Of a stretch of DNA of 64,000 bases, positions 26,660 through 41,165 are shown piece after piece. Both the position numbers and the translations under genes were made by a program. The notes under the pieces were generated by a model that saw nothing but the letters and a program-made list of their open reading frames with translations, had not been told where the DNA came from and searched no databases. Source of the DNA: the human T2T-CHM13v2.0 reference genome, Homo sapiens; the NCBI RefSeq assembly GCF_009914755.1, contig NC_060930.1. The stretch is one strand, 5' to 3'. Positions within the stretch are counted from its first letter, which is position 1; the number at the start of each line of letters is the position of its first letter.

Positions 26660-26900
26660 CTAGCATTTATCAAGGGCAACTGTCTGCTGGCACTGGACTA
26701 CTATTTTCCATACATGATCTCAAGTAATACTCAAAACAACCCAAGTAGGAAAGTCCTGCTATTATTCCCATTTTACAGAAAAGGCACAAAGAGATAAATA
26801 ATTTGCCCAAGGCCCACTAACTAATAAATAGTAGAGCTTCACTTGCAGTGCAGGTCTGTTGAACGATTCCAGAGCTAGGAATCTTAACAGCTATACCATC
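26660..26900 (-). mobile_element. MIR SINE
   Basis: ATTATTCCCATTTTACAGA ... AATAATTTGCCCAAGGCCCACTAACTAATAAATAGTAGAGC ... TCTTAAC. Confidence 0.8.
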
Positions 26901-26989
26901 TTCTCCAACCATTGCTCCATCCTTTCCCCTCTCTCCCTCTCCACGCCCTGCCCAGAGGGTAACACACTTCCCTCTGCGCACCTGCACCC

Positions 26990-27170
26990 CTTCCTTCCTG
27001 GCACTAGTGTGCTTCTATAGCACTTTCCATGTTGTTTGTTAGACAGTTTTGTGTCTGCCTCCTTGTTAGAATCTGAGTTGCTTGAGATCCATCTTTTCTC
27101 TTTTCCTCAATAGTATATTCTCTGTGCATGGTATAGGGATGGATACATACTAGGTTCTTAGTGTTTGTTG
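26990..27170 (+). mobile_element. L2 3' fragment
   Basis: TAGAATCTGAGTTGCTTGAG ... TAGGTTCTTAGTGTTTGTTGA. Confidence 0.5.
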
Positions 27171-28767
27171 ACATGGATCTCTTCTCCAGAGCAAAAAGGC
27201 TTACTATGTATTCTAGGCATAATATTCAGCTTAATAGCAAGGTGGTCTCATCATATACAAATGAATATAGTAATAAGAGGTTCTTGCTCATTCTAGTTTT
27301 ACCATGGAGGCTCCCTGGGATGATATCATTTAACTGTTGTTTTTAAAGCTGGATAAAGTTATTATGAAAAAAAGCAGGATAAAACTGATTTTAGCTGATG
27401 TTTTGATGCAATTGATGTTATCAGTAAAGAAGTGCTAATTTTACAAAACTGAGAGTACAGAATAAGTATGTGAGATAAGGCAGGATACTCAGGGGATGTC
27501 TTCCATGTTTTGATTCCTATGCAACAGCAGATAAACTACTAAAATCAACAGTTCTATTGAACAGAGTGCTGTTTTTAAAGTAAAAAAGGAGGGCTGTTAG
27601 GAGGGCTGTTTTTAAAGTAAAGAAGGGAAAGGTGCCTATATATTTTTGTGTCTCAGGCAAAGACTTCTGGTCCATTATTTAAAGAGTCAGCATTTTAGTT
27701 AAAACTTTATCAGATGTTGGTGAGATACTTCTGGACCCCTAGCCCTTAACTGAAAAATAATTTATGCACCTTTATTTGCTAATATGTGAATCATATTCAA
27801 TTTTTTTACATCTATTATGGTAAAATAGGCTACGTGAAAGTTCTGTAGACAGAAAAACCAATTTCCATTGGTCCTGCTTCCAGACTGGGTCTTGAAAGCT
27901 GCACCCACCCTGAAGGACCCCTTCCTGCTCACAGCCCCACTCTGTGTGATGGTACTGTGTGCCCAACAGGCATCAACTCTACCCATGCGAGGCCATGGCA
28001 CTCAGCATTTTTGTTTCAGGAGTCACACTATCTTACAAAAGTAGAAAAATATATTCAACTTCAACTTTTTGGACCCTTCAAAGAATATTGCTATGGATAG
28101 ATGAGTTTTGGTTCTAAGAGGGTATTTTCTCCCCAAAGTACTACTTATCGGTTTGAAAATGATTAGCTAATTTGAACAGAGATCTTTCCATACAGCATTT
28201 TATGCTCTCTTCTTCTTGAACCAATAGTCAAAAGTGGTTTGATATTTTTTTCATGATTTATTGTCACCAGCATGAACATTTCTTAATGAACTCTGGTGCA
28301 AGGCTATGTTTTTTCTAGGGTTCATTAAAATTGATAAGAATTTGGGCTCTTGCATTAAGTGACCCGATGTAAACTCATTCCCTGCTGTGAATATAGATGT
28401 CAATGAAAGCAGATCTGAATTTCCTTGGATTTGGAAACCACTTTTGTCTACAGTAACAACAGAGAAATTGTGTAATACAATAATAACAGGTACATGCAGT
28501 GTATGTGCTAATTAATGGCAAATACAGTTGAGGTAAGGGTCAGCTATACCCTCCCAAGAATACTGTACCTGTTCTTTGGTGCTTTGATTTGGTGTGTATT
28601 TTATCCGCTCACAAGCTGTTTTTCCCCCACCTGGTTTATAACTGTATTTCAAATACATAAGGTTGCCAAACAGATGAGTTCCTTAGTAGATTAGGTGATG
28701 ATGCAATGAGTTTGTTTATTTTATACCTGTACAATTATGTTTATCTACAGCATTCAAATGAGAGCTT

Positions 28768-29000
28768 GTATCACACAGTGGATAAGAGACCAGGCCTGGC
28801 TGTTTGCAAATCCTGACTCAGCCACTTAGCAGCTGTGTGCCTTTTAGGCAAGTCATTTAACCCTTGTATTCCATGGTTGTCTTATCTGTAAAATAAAGAT
28901 AATAGTAGCACCTAACTCATGGGGCTTCTGTGAAGATTAAATATGTAGAGTCCATACAGTGATGCCTAGCACACACTAAAGACTCAGCTAATGCTGGTTT
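28768..29000 (+). mobile_element. MIR SINE
   Basis: AAATCCTGACTCAGCCACTTAGCAGCTGTGTG...GGCAAGTCATTTAACC...ATCTGTAAAATAAAGATAATAGTAGCACCTAACTCAT. Confidence 0.9.
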
Positions 29001-30385
29001 TTGTTAACATTGCTTATTGCAAACAGGATTGTGAATCTCAGTGTTAAATTGAGTCACTACAGGTGCTCAATATTCATGTCCCATCTATAATTCTGCTTCC
29101 TGCAAAGACCTTTTCCTAAACGTAATGAACCCTCTCTTTAAAATACCAGGGGAACTTTGATCTACTTTTCTTTTGGTGCTTATGTTGCTGTACCTACCAC
29201 ATAAGCAGTCATGAGGATACTGGCTCATTTTCCCAGTGGGAGAAAAACTCAGGAAAGGGCAAGAACTATAGTATCCATTACCTGCTCCTAAAGCACTGGC
29301 ATTTAAGACCAATCAGAAACTAGTATGGAACTGAGAATAAATGAATATTTATATATTTGGCAGCTCTTTCACTCAAAAGTGATATATAAATTGCTTCTTG
29401 AGGAATGCCCCTGTAATGATAATCTTACAGAGGAGAACTTGCCCTGGGCATGCATAATGTTTACCATGAAAATAAAGTTTTCTAAGTGCTTTTTTGGACT
29501 GGCTTACTCTCAGATTTGCAAACCAGTAGAAAAACCAACCACTCCAAAGAATGTGACTTTCAGTAAGAACAGCAGGGCTTTCCTTTCATGCCCAAACCTT
29601 TCTCTGGGAAAAGGAAAATCAATACCCTGAAGGGGATTTTCCAGGTTTGTTTTCTCCAATTTTGCCCTGCTCGGGCAACACATGTTGACAGCCCAGATGG
29701 AAAATGTTGAAACACTCAATAAGGATGCTCTTCCAACTACATCAAGCTAAAGCCTGTGGGATATCCTTTCGATACAACTACACTTTTTCATACTCTTTCA
29801 ATTCTCTCAAGTTAAGGAGAGAGAAATGTGAATTAAAGGTATAATACTTATCAGTGATAGGCAGTCTGTATGAATCATTGCTTATAGATTTTAGTCCTCG
29901 AACAGTTCACATTCTGTAAAAATAGTCATAAATTCTTAACTCAAAAATGTTTTATGGCTGAAGAAGAAAAGTTGCACGCTGTAGGGTGTATGTATTGTGT
30001 GGTTACTTCTAAAAATAAAAGTCATCTTTCAAGACACTTTAGAAAAACAAAAAAGGGATTCCTATCAGTTAAAGAGGAAGAGATGCCAGGAGGAGCATTG
30101 TTGTTTTGAAGAAAGGGAGGAACTCAGCCTCTGAAGAAAATACTACAAGTCCATCCCAATTTCTTAACTTACAAACACCTCCTACTCCCAGCTCCCACCT
30201 CCACTGCACCACTTCTCTGCTTTACCTCCTCTGAGGCTGCACTTTACCCTTTTAATCTCCATTATTCTCTCCTTGCTATGAAACAACCAAGCTAAACTGG
30301 ACTCTTCACACCACCTTGTGGCACATCTAAAAACTTGGGATTTTTGTTTGTTTCTTTTACTCAGAAGTACTTCCAAAAGTCTTCA

Positions 30386-30772
30386 TAATATGGTTTGGCT
30401 ATATCCCCACCCAAAATCTCATTTTGAATTGTAATCCCTATAATCCCCATAATCCCTACGTGTCAAGGGAAAGACCTGGTGGAGGTAATCGAGTCATGGG
30501 GACAGTGACCCCCATGCTGTTCTCGTGACAGTGAGTGAATTATCACAAAATCTGATGGCTTTATAAGTGTTTGGTAGCTCCTGCTGAGTTCATTCTCATT
30601 CGTGCCACCTTGTGAAGAAGGTGCCTTGCTTCTCCTTTGCCTTCCACCGTGATTGTAAGTTTCCTGAGGCCTCCCCAGCCATGCTGAACTGTGAGTCAGT
30701 TAAACCTCTTTCCTTTATAAATTACTCAGTCTCAGGCAGTTCTTTATAGCAGTGTGAAAATGGACTAATATA
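30386..30772 (+). mobile_element. MaLR solo LTR MSTA/THE1D-type
   Basis: TAATATGGTTTGGCT ... GTAAGTTTCCTGAGGCCTCCCCAGCCATGCTGAACTGTGAGTC ... GGACTAATATA; exact 5-bp TSD CTTCA at 30381 and 30773. Confidence 0.93.
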
Positions 30773-32182
30773 CTTCATGTAGCTCTTCCTTTTCTAATTA
30801 AGCTTTTTTAAAAATGGTAAATAACTAAAATTTTCCTCATCCCATTAAATGGTTGAATATATACTATTTTGTACTTCAGTAGTATGGATTCTTGTTAAGG
30901 ATGACTTATCATCATTGGTATTTATGTTCTTAGTTTTGTCTTACCGATTAACAATGAACTTCTATAACATAAACTTCGTTTTTACTTCAAAAAACTTAAA
31001 ACAGAATTACCATCGAATCAACAAAACAATGATAGCTTAAAATATAGACAACAGTAATAATAGGAAGCACAAGGAAATTAGCTGCACTTCTGCTTTGGAC
31101 ACACAGACCTCTTCAAATAGTCTGTAACAATCACAGGTCTGCTATTATTCCTCTCCCTTCCAATAAAAATCCTATACACATTTGATATCTCCCAGACCCT
31201 GCTTTGTTTCCAAAGATTCAGTAACTTGAAAAATATATGGTGTGTCCTAGTTGAACACTAAAGTCTTTGTACAAGAGCATGGGTGTTTGAAGACTTATTA
31301 CAGCATTTGAATCAGGTTCAAGATAAAAGGGATTTGAACAAATAGCTAAAGGCATGAAAGTGTCCATGGATAAAAAGCAATGTAAGCTTCAGAGAAAATA
31401 ACAGAGATTTCTAGATTTGGAAGAAAATTTCCAAACTCTCATTCATTACTGGAGGAGATGAAGAAACATAACAGGTTACACATGGCTTATTGGTAGCGGT
31501 GTGGGATGAGTCAAGGTCCTCTGATCTCCAGTTTATTGGACTTTCCTCCAACAGGGAAAGAGATTCTTGGCATCTTGAAATCATACCAATGACAGGAAAT
31601 AGGACAGTGACAGTAATGGTCCCCTTCTAAATCTAGACTTACCTTGCTGCATTGTTCTAGGTTGTAATACACAGATTTCTGTATAGAAGGAGAAGATCTT
31701 GGAGACACAACAGTTCTAATCATAAAGGTAAATATACCAAATCACTTTGTCCAGCACTTCTAGATGACTCAATGAATGAAACGACAGGGCTACTTTTGGC
31801 TTTCTTGCCAGCCACACAGGCATATTTCAGCAGATCATTAGACTACACATTGGTTATGAATGAGTTTTCCAAACCTATTTTATTCTTGTGCTTGTAACAA
31901 CTGCAGGCTCAGTCCTTTAGTCTGTACTGGAAACAACTGGAGCAGGCTCAGAATGAAGCTCTTGATGGATAACACTCCTCTCAGCTCATCTCATTTCCAG
32001 CAAAGTCTATCTTCCCTGTGACTCTTATATGTTCTACTCTCTCAGTCATGGATGTCAATGAAAAGTCTACTTAATGTAAAGTAGAACATCACATCTGATT
32101 TTTATAATATTCAGCTAAGGAGAATTTCCCTCTTATAAGTAAAAATTCTCTCTCATTTGAATTATGACACACTGACCATTTC

Positions 32183-32453
32183 TTTTTGTCTCTCTCTCTC
32201 TCTCTTTTTTTTTTTTGAGATGGAGTCTTGCTCTGTCGCCCAGGCTGCAGTGCAGTGGCGTGATCTCAGCTCACTGCAACTTCTGCCTCGTGGGTTCAAG
32301 TGATTCTCCTGCCTCAGCCTCCTGAGTAGCTGGGATTACAGGCGTACGCTACCATGCCCAGCTAATTTTTGTATTTTTAGTAGAGATGGGGCTTCAGCAT
32401 GTTGGCCAGGCTAGTCTACAACTCCTGACCTCAAGTGATCCACCCACCTCATC
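32183..32453 (-). mobile_element. AluSx-like, 5'-truncated, tail converted to (CT)n/T
   Basis: Alu body; 17-bp TSD CACACTGACCATTTCTT at 32168 and 32454. Confidence 0.93.
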
Positions 32454-33269
32454 CACACTGACCATTTCTTATATGACTCTTGTATCTGTACTTGAGGGGT
32501 AAATGTTGGGAAAGATGCAGGAGCCTTTGGAATCTGGCATGCCTCCCAAGCATGTGGTGTTACATGATCCACATCACTGTTGTTGAGCACAAGAGAGACA
32601 GACATGTTGGGACAGCTGTCATTGTGTGATGTCAAAGAAGGGGTTTGCTGCAGGCTTTGGCTTGACATGCTTTGAAATATTTCTCAGCTTTTTGGAAGTA
32701 TAACTATATTTTCCATGTAAAACAGATCAATTTTTTTATTCTGAGAAAATATGTTACATGAGAGAGACAACATGGAAAGCTGCCTGTGCCTACAGGATTC
32801 TAGCTTTTTTGAATCTCTATGATCAAGTTAGGACCTGAGCCCCATCCAGAGAACAATCATCACTAACACATTATATCATTGAGCTACTAATCTTTATGTA
32901 ACATAATGTGTCTAAGCATTCAGACAACAAAAGCTGAGGTAGTACAAAATAGGGGCCAAGAGACTGGCCTCAGGGTCACATCATATAAGTTTTCCAATAT
33001 GTAAAATTGAAAGATATGTCTTTAGGTTTGTTGCAAATATTAAATTATATAATGCAAGTAAAGTACTCACATTTACTGACGCAGATGGAGTGTTCTAAAA
33101 ATATTACCTACAGTCAGCATTACATGACGCCAACACCCGGGATTAAAAGTGGGAACAAGACAATAATCCAGATTTTGTTAAAATGATTAGGGATATTAAA
33201 ATATTTGAAATAATTTGATTAATTGATTTTTTTTAACTTGGAACAACACAGACTTATCCTTAAGTTACC

Positions 33270-33370
33270 TTCTCGAAACACTTTATTTCACATAAGGTGC
33301 CTAGCAAAGAGCTTTGCATATAGTTTGGAACAATTAATGTTTGTAAAATGAATGAATGAATGCATGATGT
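33270..33370 (+). mobile_element. L2 3' end
   Basis: GTGCCTAGCA ... AATGTTTGTAAAATGAATGAATGAATG. Confidence 0.6.
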
Positions 33371-33589
33371 GTTGCTATCCATCACACAGCACATGATTTG
33401 TTCTCTCAAACCCCATGCAAAAAATACAAAGACATTATATTTAGCCTCCATTTTCCTGAGGACATATGAGAACCATAGGAAGATCTATTTGTATGTAAGT
33501 GAATAAATTTTCTTATTTTCCTGGCCCTCATTTATATGAATGTGGTCATTCCTGGTGATAATTATGTTAGTCATAATGCTAATATCTTA

Positions 33590-33780
33590 CTTTTGTAGAT
33601 AAACTCACAGTTTTCAAAGAACTTTTTTTCAAAGCATTTTCTTCCACACATACAAATGAATATTTCATTTAGACTTCAAGGGCAAAGAATAGATAGGAAT
33701 CATTGCCATTACTTTATAGGAAAGAAAAAGTATTCAAGCAGGTTGTGACTTGTCTAAGGTCACACAATCAGTAAATAAAA
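33590..33780 (-). mobile_element. MIR fragment
   Basis: ACAGTTTTCAAAGAACTTT ... GTGACTTGTCTAAGGTCACACAATCAGTAA. Confidence 0.6.
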
Positions 33781-33835
33781 GGAAGAGAAGAGTGTCCACA
33801 TATGGCTGGCGCTTAAGACATGCTGAATGTTTGCA

Positions 33836-33903
33836 TGGATGGATGGATGGATGGATGGATGGATGGATGGATGGATGGATTAGTGGATGGATTAGTGGAT
33901 GGA
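33836..33903. repeat. (TGGA)n tetranucleotide microsatellite, probably derived from an L2 tail
   Basis: about 11 perfect GGAT units plus two interrupted blocks. Confidence 0.95.
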
Positions 33904-34619
33904 CAGATTAATGAACCTGCTGTAAATATTCTAAGTCTACTGCACCAAAACAAAGAGATTAAAGTATTGTCTTAGTACTTGTGTCTATTTCTAGTTTTTA
34001 ACACCTTTTCTATGTGTTTATGGTAAAATTATTTGCCATATTTGATTAGCAAGTTAATCTGTACACATACAATTATTGACACCCTACTATTCACTAGGCA
34101 TTGGTGAGTAAACAGCTGTGAGTGAGAAAGAGCCTCTTCAAGGTATTCATATTCTGTTTGGTGACTGGAGAGCACAGACAAGAAACACTATAAGAGACAG
34201 TGACCCATGGCCTAATATCTGCTATGGATTTCAGGCAGAGGAACAAGCTGCAGACAAGGGACCCTTGTCTATCTAGTCCATTAATTTAGTGGTCAACTGT
34301 AAGAATGGTATTTGTGATTTTCAAAGACACACACAAAATCATACCTACATTGAGGAAAGGGGAATTAAACTATGTTATTTATATGTTCAGTAGTAAACAA
34401 GGTAAATAAATGTATGTAGAAAATATACAAATTTATATACAAAAAATATACAACAATGATAATAAAGTGATCAAAACAGAGCATGTCCATGAAGCGGCTA
34501 GGGCTATGAAGATACAGGCATTTATTTACTACATAGCTTAAGAATTTTAAGTCACCAGACTGAAGATTCTCAAAGGCTTTTAATACAGTTCCACTCAGTT
34601 CAACATATATTGACTGCTT

Positions 34620-34740
34620 ATTACTGACCAGACATTGAATCTAGGTCAATTTCATCAGTATCTTTACAAACCCAAGGCCTAGCCTGCAGTGTGTGCACTA
34701 CAAATGCTTTCTGAGTGAATAAAAGAATGAATGAATGAAA
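34620..34740 (+). mobile_element. L2 3' end
   Basis: CCCAAGGCCTAGCC ... AAATGCTTTCTGAGTGAATAAAAGAATGAATGAATGAA. Confidence 0.55.
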
Positions 34741-34889
34741 CTTGATGGCCCATCCAAGGAGCTGAATCAGAAACTAAATTCAGTCATATTTTTCATTCTG
34801 ATTCCGTTTCTTATATTAACTATTTTACTTATAGATACTTGCACATTTCTAGCGACCCAAGTTGACCTTAGCTATTTCCTTGCTTGGAT

Positions 34890-35455
34890 TTTTTTTATTA
34901 CTTTTGTAATAAATTAGTATAACCTTAGTAGCCTAGAGCAACACCCATCTATTACTTCAGTTCTCCAGCTCAAAAGCCCAGGTGAGCTCAACTGGGTTCC
35001 CTGCTTAGAGTTTCTCAAGGCTGAAATTAAGGTACTAGCTGGGCTGGGCTCTTATTTGGAGGCTCTCAGGGAAGAATCACCATCAAACCTTATTCAGGCT
35101 GTTGGCTGAATTCAGTTTCTTGCCGTTGCTGGATTAAGATCGCCTTTTTTCTTGCTGACTGGTAGCTGGGAGTCTTTTCGAGCTTCTGGAGGTAATCCTC
35201 AGCTTACCCTTTCTGTCTTCAACCAGCAATGTGAAGTGCTTCTCACAAGAGGTTGAATACTTCTCATGCTTCAAATCTCTCATCAAATCTCCCTTCTGCT
35301 CCCAACCAGAGACAACTCTGCTTTCAAAGGGCTTGTATGATTAGATTAGGAGCATCTGGATAACCTCCCCTTTGCCACACAAGGTAACATAATCACAGGA
35401 ATAGCACCAGGGCGCCAAGGTCATATGGACCATCTTAAAATTCTGCTTACCGTAT
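34890..35455 (-). mobile_element. MaLR solo LTR MLT1E-like
   Basis: CAAGGCTGAAATTAAGGTACTAGCTGGGCTG...GGAGGCTCTCAGGGAAGAATC ... TTGGCTGAATTCAGTTTCTTG ... CCATCTTAAAATTCTGCTTACC. Confidence 0.8.
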
Positions 35456-35728
35456 TCCCCACCATCTTGCACATCCCGAAAATTATCAAGTCCTACAGAC
35501 TCTCTCATTCTCTCCTTTGCATTACTATTACATACAAGTGAACAAAGTGGGTTGGCGTATTTACCATAAAGTGGGAGTGACTGAAAAATGCATGTCTGCC
35601 TAGGCAATAACCCAATGTCAGATTTTCAAGAAAATTCTAAATATCCAGAATTGGAGAGAAAAGTATCTGTATTTTGACATATATATATTTAAACTCTGCA
35701 GATCAAAACAAACATTTCTGCCACCTAC

Positions 35729-36024
<296 letters not shown>

Positions 36025-36337
36025 TCTGCCACCTACTTCTAACCCTGGGTTACCAGTTTATATAATCTCTGCACTAGACTCTGCACAGATTTTGTTTAGC
36101 CCTTCTTAAAACAAGGGTTCTGTCTCTATATGTCCAACATCTGGAATTTCTCTGACACCTGTTAAGCCCTCAGTTAATGTGCATTCAATGAAGTAATGGT
36201 TATATTACCTTTCTGGTTAAAATGGGTTTATGCTGTATATTATCTGCCTTTCACAGGAATGTAATGAGAATCTGATATTTTTCATCTCCTTAGCTAATGC
36301 TCATTGCACCTGATTTAGGACCGCAAGAGTGGGTGTA

Positions 36338-37625
36338 TTTTTTAATGTTTATTTTTAATTGACAAATAATAATTGTATAGATTTATGGAGTACAATGTGG
36401 TGTTATAATACATATATACATTGTGGAATGATTAAATCAGACTAATAAAAAATTCATTGCCTCATATACTTATTTCTTTGTAGTGAGAACATTTAACATC
36501 TACTCTTTTAGCACTTTTGAAAGGTACAATACATCATTATTAACTATAGTCACCATACTGTACAATAGATCACTAGAACTTATTCCTTCTGTCTAACTGA
36601 AACTTTGTACCCTTTGACTAACACTTCCCTTATCTGTGTTCATCCACCCTACCTCCAGCCTCTGGTAACCATCACTGTCTACTTCTAGGAGCTAGACTTC
36701 TTAAGATTCCACATATAACTGTTATCATGCAGTATTAGTTTTTCTGTGCCTGGCTTATTTCATGTAACATAATGTTCTCTAGATTTATCCATGTTGTCAT
36801 AAATGACAGAATTTCCTTCTTTTTAAGGCTGAATAGTATTTCTTTTCCCACTCATCCATTGATGGACACTGAGTTCATTTGCATATCTTGGGTATTGTGA
36901 ATAATGTTGCCATGACCATGGCAGTACAGACATCCCTTCAACATACTGACTCCCATTCCTTTGCATACATATGCAGAACCAGGATTACTGGATTACATGG
37001 TAGTTTATTTTTAGTTTTTTGAAGAACCCCCATACTATTTTTCAAAATGGCTGTACTAATTTACTACCAACAGTGTACAAGGCTTTCTTTTTCTCTAGAT
37101 CCTCCCAATGCTTGTTGTCTTTCTTTTTTTTATGATAGCCTTTCTAACATATGTGAGATTATATCTCAATGTGGTTTTAACTTGCATTTCCCTAATGATT
37201 AGAGGTGCTGAACACTTTTTATGTACCTGTTTGTCATTTGTATGTCTTCTTTGGATAAATGTCTATTCAGGTCCTTTGCCCATTGTTTAATTGGATTATG
37301 TGTTTTCTTGTTATTGAGTAGTTTGAGGTCCTTATATATTTTGGATATTAGCCCCTTATCAGATATATGATTTGCAAATATTCTTCCCAGTCTGTGGGTT
37401 GTCTCTTCACTCCACTGTTTCTCTTGCTGTGCAGAAGCTTTTTAGTTTGATGCAATCTCATTTGCCTGTTTTTGCTTTGGTTGCTAGTGCTTTGGGATTA
37501 TATCTAATAAATCATTGCTCAGACCAAAATTGTAGAAGTATCTCCATATGTTTTTTTTAATACTTTCGTAGTTTCAGTTCTAATGTTTACATCTTTAATG
37601 TATTTTGAATTGATTCTTGAATATG
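36338..37625 (-). mobile_element. L1MA-type LINE, 5'-truncated (3' UTR and ORF2 end)
   Basis: TTTTTAATTGACAAATAATAATTGTAT...TACAATAGATCACTAGAACTTATTCC...GTGCAGAAGCTTTTTAGTTTGATG; degenerate TSD AAGAG(T/A)GGGTG(T/C)AT. Confidence 0.92.
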
Positions 37626-38388
37626 GGGTAAGAGAGGGTGCATCTTAATATGTGAGAAATAATATATGTTCCAGGAGCAAGAGCATTCGCAATCTATAAA
37701 ATACTTCCATCATTGAAACTGAGATTGCTCAGGGAACAAATCAGCCTTTGATAATATTTATATCCACATCATTTAGAGATTGGCCAAAAGTATTTATTAT
37801 GTATGTGAAGCTACACTTTGAACTTACATAACCCCCTGAGCTATCTTTTGAATACTTTAAAAATGACTTCTTCACTAGCTGTCTGAAGCCCAGGTTTGAA
37901 AGTACATTATCAATCTCTTATAGCTGATGCATTTCTCACATGGCTTTTTTACCGGTGTGGCAGTATTGTCTGATGATATATTTAGTACTAACTTTGAAGC
38001 CTCACCCAAAATTTAAGCATTGTATGTTCTCAAAAAATAAGGTGACCCCAAAATCATGGTCAGGTGTTAGAATGGGGGCAGGATTAAGAGCATGAATAAT
38101 AATTTTGTGGAATTACTGAAAATCCCTCAGTCCATTATATAAATGAAAGGTCAATCCACAAAAGAACGTGCAACATATTTTGAATTTCTGAGCCAAATAT
38201 CATGCCTCATTTCTATGGACTCTCACAATCTATTTCTTACCATAGCAAAGAAAATTTATTTCTGAGCTCAGAAGCTATCAACAAAGAAAGCTAAGAGAAC
38301 TGCCAATTCTATTACTACTGTACAAAGATGAATGACCTCCAGTGAATTAGCCTGAAGACTAATTTAGACACTCAAAGCTAGAGTGTTG

Positions 38389-38681
<293 letters not shown>

Positions 38682-39713
38682 AAAGCCAGAGTGTTGTTAT
38701 AGTGTCATTTACTATAAAAATTAAAATTAAAGGATATGGGGGCTTAAATGAAGAATTTTTAAAAAATAATATCTCTCCAGGCTCATCATTAAAACATATG
38801 GTTGTAGAGATGTTGTTTCCCAACAGATATATAAAAATGTTATTCTCTCTTTAATATCCAAATAGTATGTTCCAAAGGCCATTGCATTGGGTTTAGATGG
38901 ATCACTAGCCATTTTCAGTTGGCAGTTTTCACTTCCTCTTTGAAACCTCAATGCTTTACATTTATAAACTAAAAAGAAACCAGACGTTTTTAAAAACCAT
39001 GAAGGAAGCTAATCTATACTTTGTAGTAGAATGTTATGATTTCTATTTTATGACTACAAAACTAAATTTAGTTATCCAGCCAATAATGTGTAATATCTTA
39101 AGCCAATTGAATCATACTGAGTTCTCAGAAAAATAAATGAAACAAAATGGATTGTTTTAAAGGGAGTAAATCTTACCCCGTAAAAGACAGCTGCTTTTCA
39201 AATAACATCAATTGGATTTTTAATATAACCTATTAGGATTTTGTTTTCTTCCTTTTTTGGAGACTTTCTTAGTCAAATATAACAACCAGAATCTACAGCT
39301 TGGCTCACTTCTCTGTGAGCATTCTTATGTTCAATTCCCACTATTTTTAGCTTTATGCAGTTGTTCCAAGAACATACCTTTTCTCAGAAAGCAATATTTT
39401 CTCTACCTTCAAAGAGAAAATTTAGAAAACGTCAGAAAACACAGAGTCCCTAAAGTGGGATTTGGCCTGCTTTTTAGAACTTAAAAACAATTGGGTATTT
39501 TTAGTCCAGTCATTCTAAACCACAAAGGCAACAGCAGAATTTGTTGCTATAACTATATAACTTGACCAGTTGCAAACCGTCAAACATAGACCCCAATCCC
39601 ATTTAAATGTTTATGTCCCTACTTAATTAACTTACTTTGTTTTGTAATTAGTTCCACATTTTCAGTCTCTTGCAGTTGAGACTGGGCTTGATCGCCTAAA
39701 AAATAGTAGCTCA

Positions 39714-40052
<339 letters not shown>

Positions 40053-40839
40053 AAAATGGTAGCTCAAAACACTCAATTACTATTTTAAAAGCTTTTTCAT
40101 TAAAAAATTAAGGTGCTCAGCAGCATTTATAACTAACTGGTATCTAATAGTAAGAGAAATTGGCATGAGATAATCTGGCCAATTAACAGTATGCAGTCAC
40201 TGCATTTATGTTTTATTGTAGGGATGTGACGAGTTATAAATAAGTAAGAACAAGCAATGCTAGTATAAAGTACCTAGAAATACCTGACCTCTTTGAGGTC
40301 AGGAGTCAAGTGTTATTCACAGGGATGAAAATTATTACAAATGAAAGCTGACCATGGTGACTTCTACTGCCTAGGGATGGAATAGGTATTTGAATAATTA
40401 GTAGTGGAATAAAAAATCTTTATTCCATTCCCTTCCAGTCATAGAAGCTGTTGGAGAAAAGGAAAGGCTGAAATTACAAAGCCTCTGCTATAGGATAAGA
40501 CCCAGAGCAGGTGATTCTTTTTTGAGAAAGAACAAATTAACAGGTCTTTTGGAGATGAAACGTAGGCTCAGAAGTGAGTGGATGGTGGAAAGGTAACTTG
40601 CAAGACACCATTAGGTCATGGGTTAGATAAATGGAGGAGATGGGTAAGCTAGGAAAGGCCTCGATAAAGGCGCAGGGACTGATTAACGTGACCGGACTTA
40701 CCAGGGCAATGAAGAGACCCAAGAACAAGGATGGGCAATAATCAATTTTGAAATGTTTGCATTCTGTAGCTGTAAAAACCCACTGGGTTGCACCTAAACT
40801 TTGGTAAAAGTCTGAAATAAACACAGTGCCACCAGATGG

Positions 40840-41165
40840 TCTGGTGAACTCTTAATGATTCTCAAGCATTAGCTCAAATGTCTTCCCCTCTTTGTGACTT
40901 CATCTGATCCGCTCATCTCTCAGGAAGTCCATCAGAGAAAAGCCATCTCTTTTGGCTCAGTGCTCTCATAGTAAGTACTTCACACATAACTTGCAGAACT
41001 TACTTACCTGCATTATAGTATTGCTTTGAGAATCTGTCTCACCTGTTAAGACTATAAGCTATTTTTAGTTAGGAGCTTTTCTATGCATTTTTGTAACCCT
41101 CGAATCCTAGTACTCTGCCTGGCTGGCCCCTAATAAGCATTTAATAAATGTTGGTTGAAATCAGT
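40840..41165 (+). mobile_element. L2 3' portion
   Basis: AGCTCAAATGTCTTCCCCTC ... AGACTATAAGCT ... CCTAGTACTCTGCCTGGC ... AATAAATGTTGGTTGAA. Confidence 0.75.

Noticed and set aside
40828-40844. GCCACCAGATGGTCT CTCF-like motif
   Set aside because: Mismatch at the highly conserved C of GGC and no CpG-rich context; weak on its own
41002-41010. Perfect minus-strand donor CAG|GTAAGT
   Set aside because: Lies inside an L2 remnant with no convincing upstream acceptor; one such 9-mer is compatible with chance
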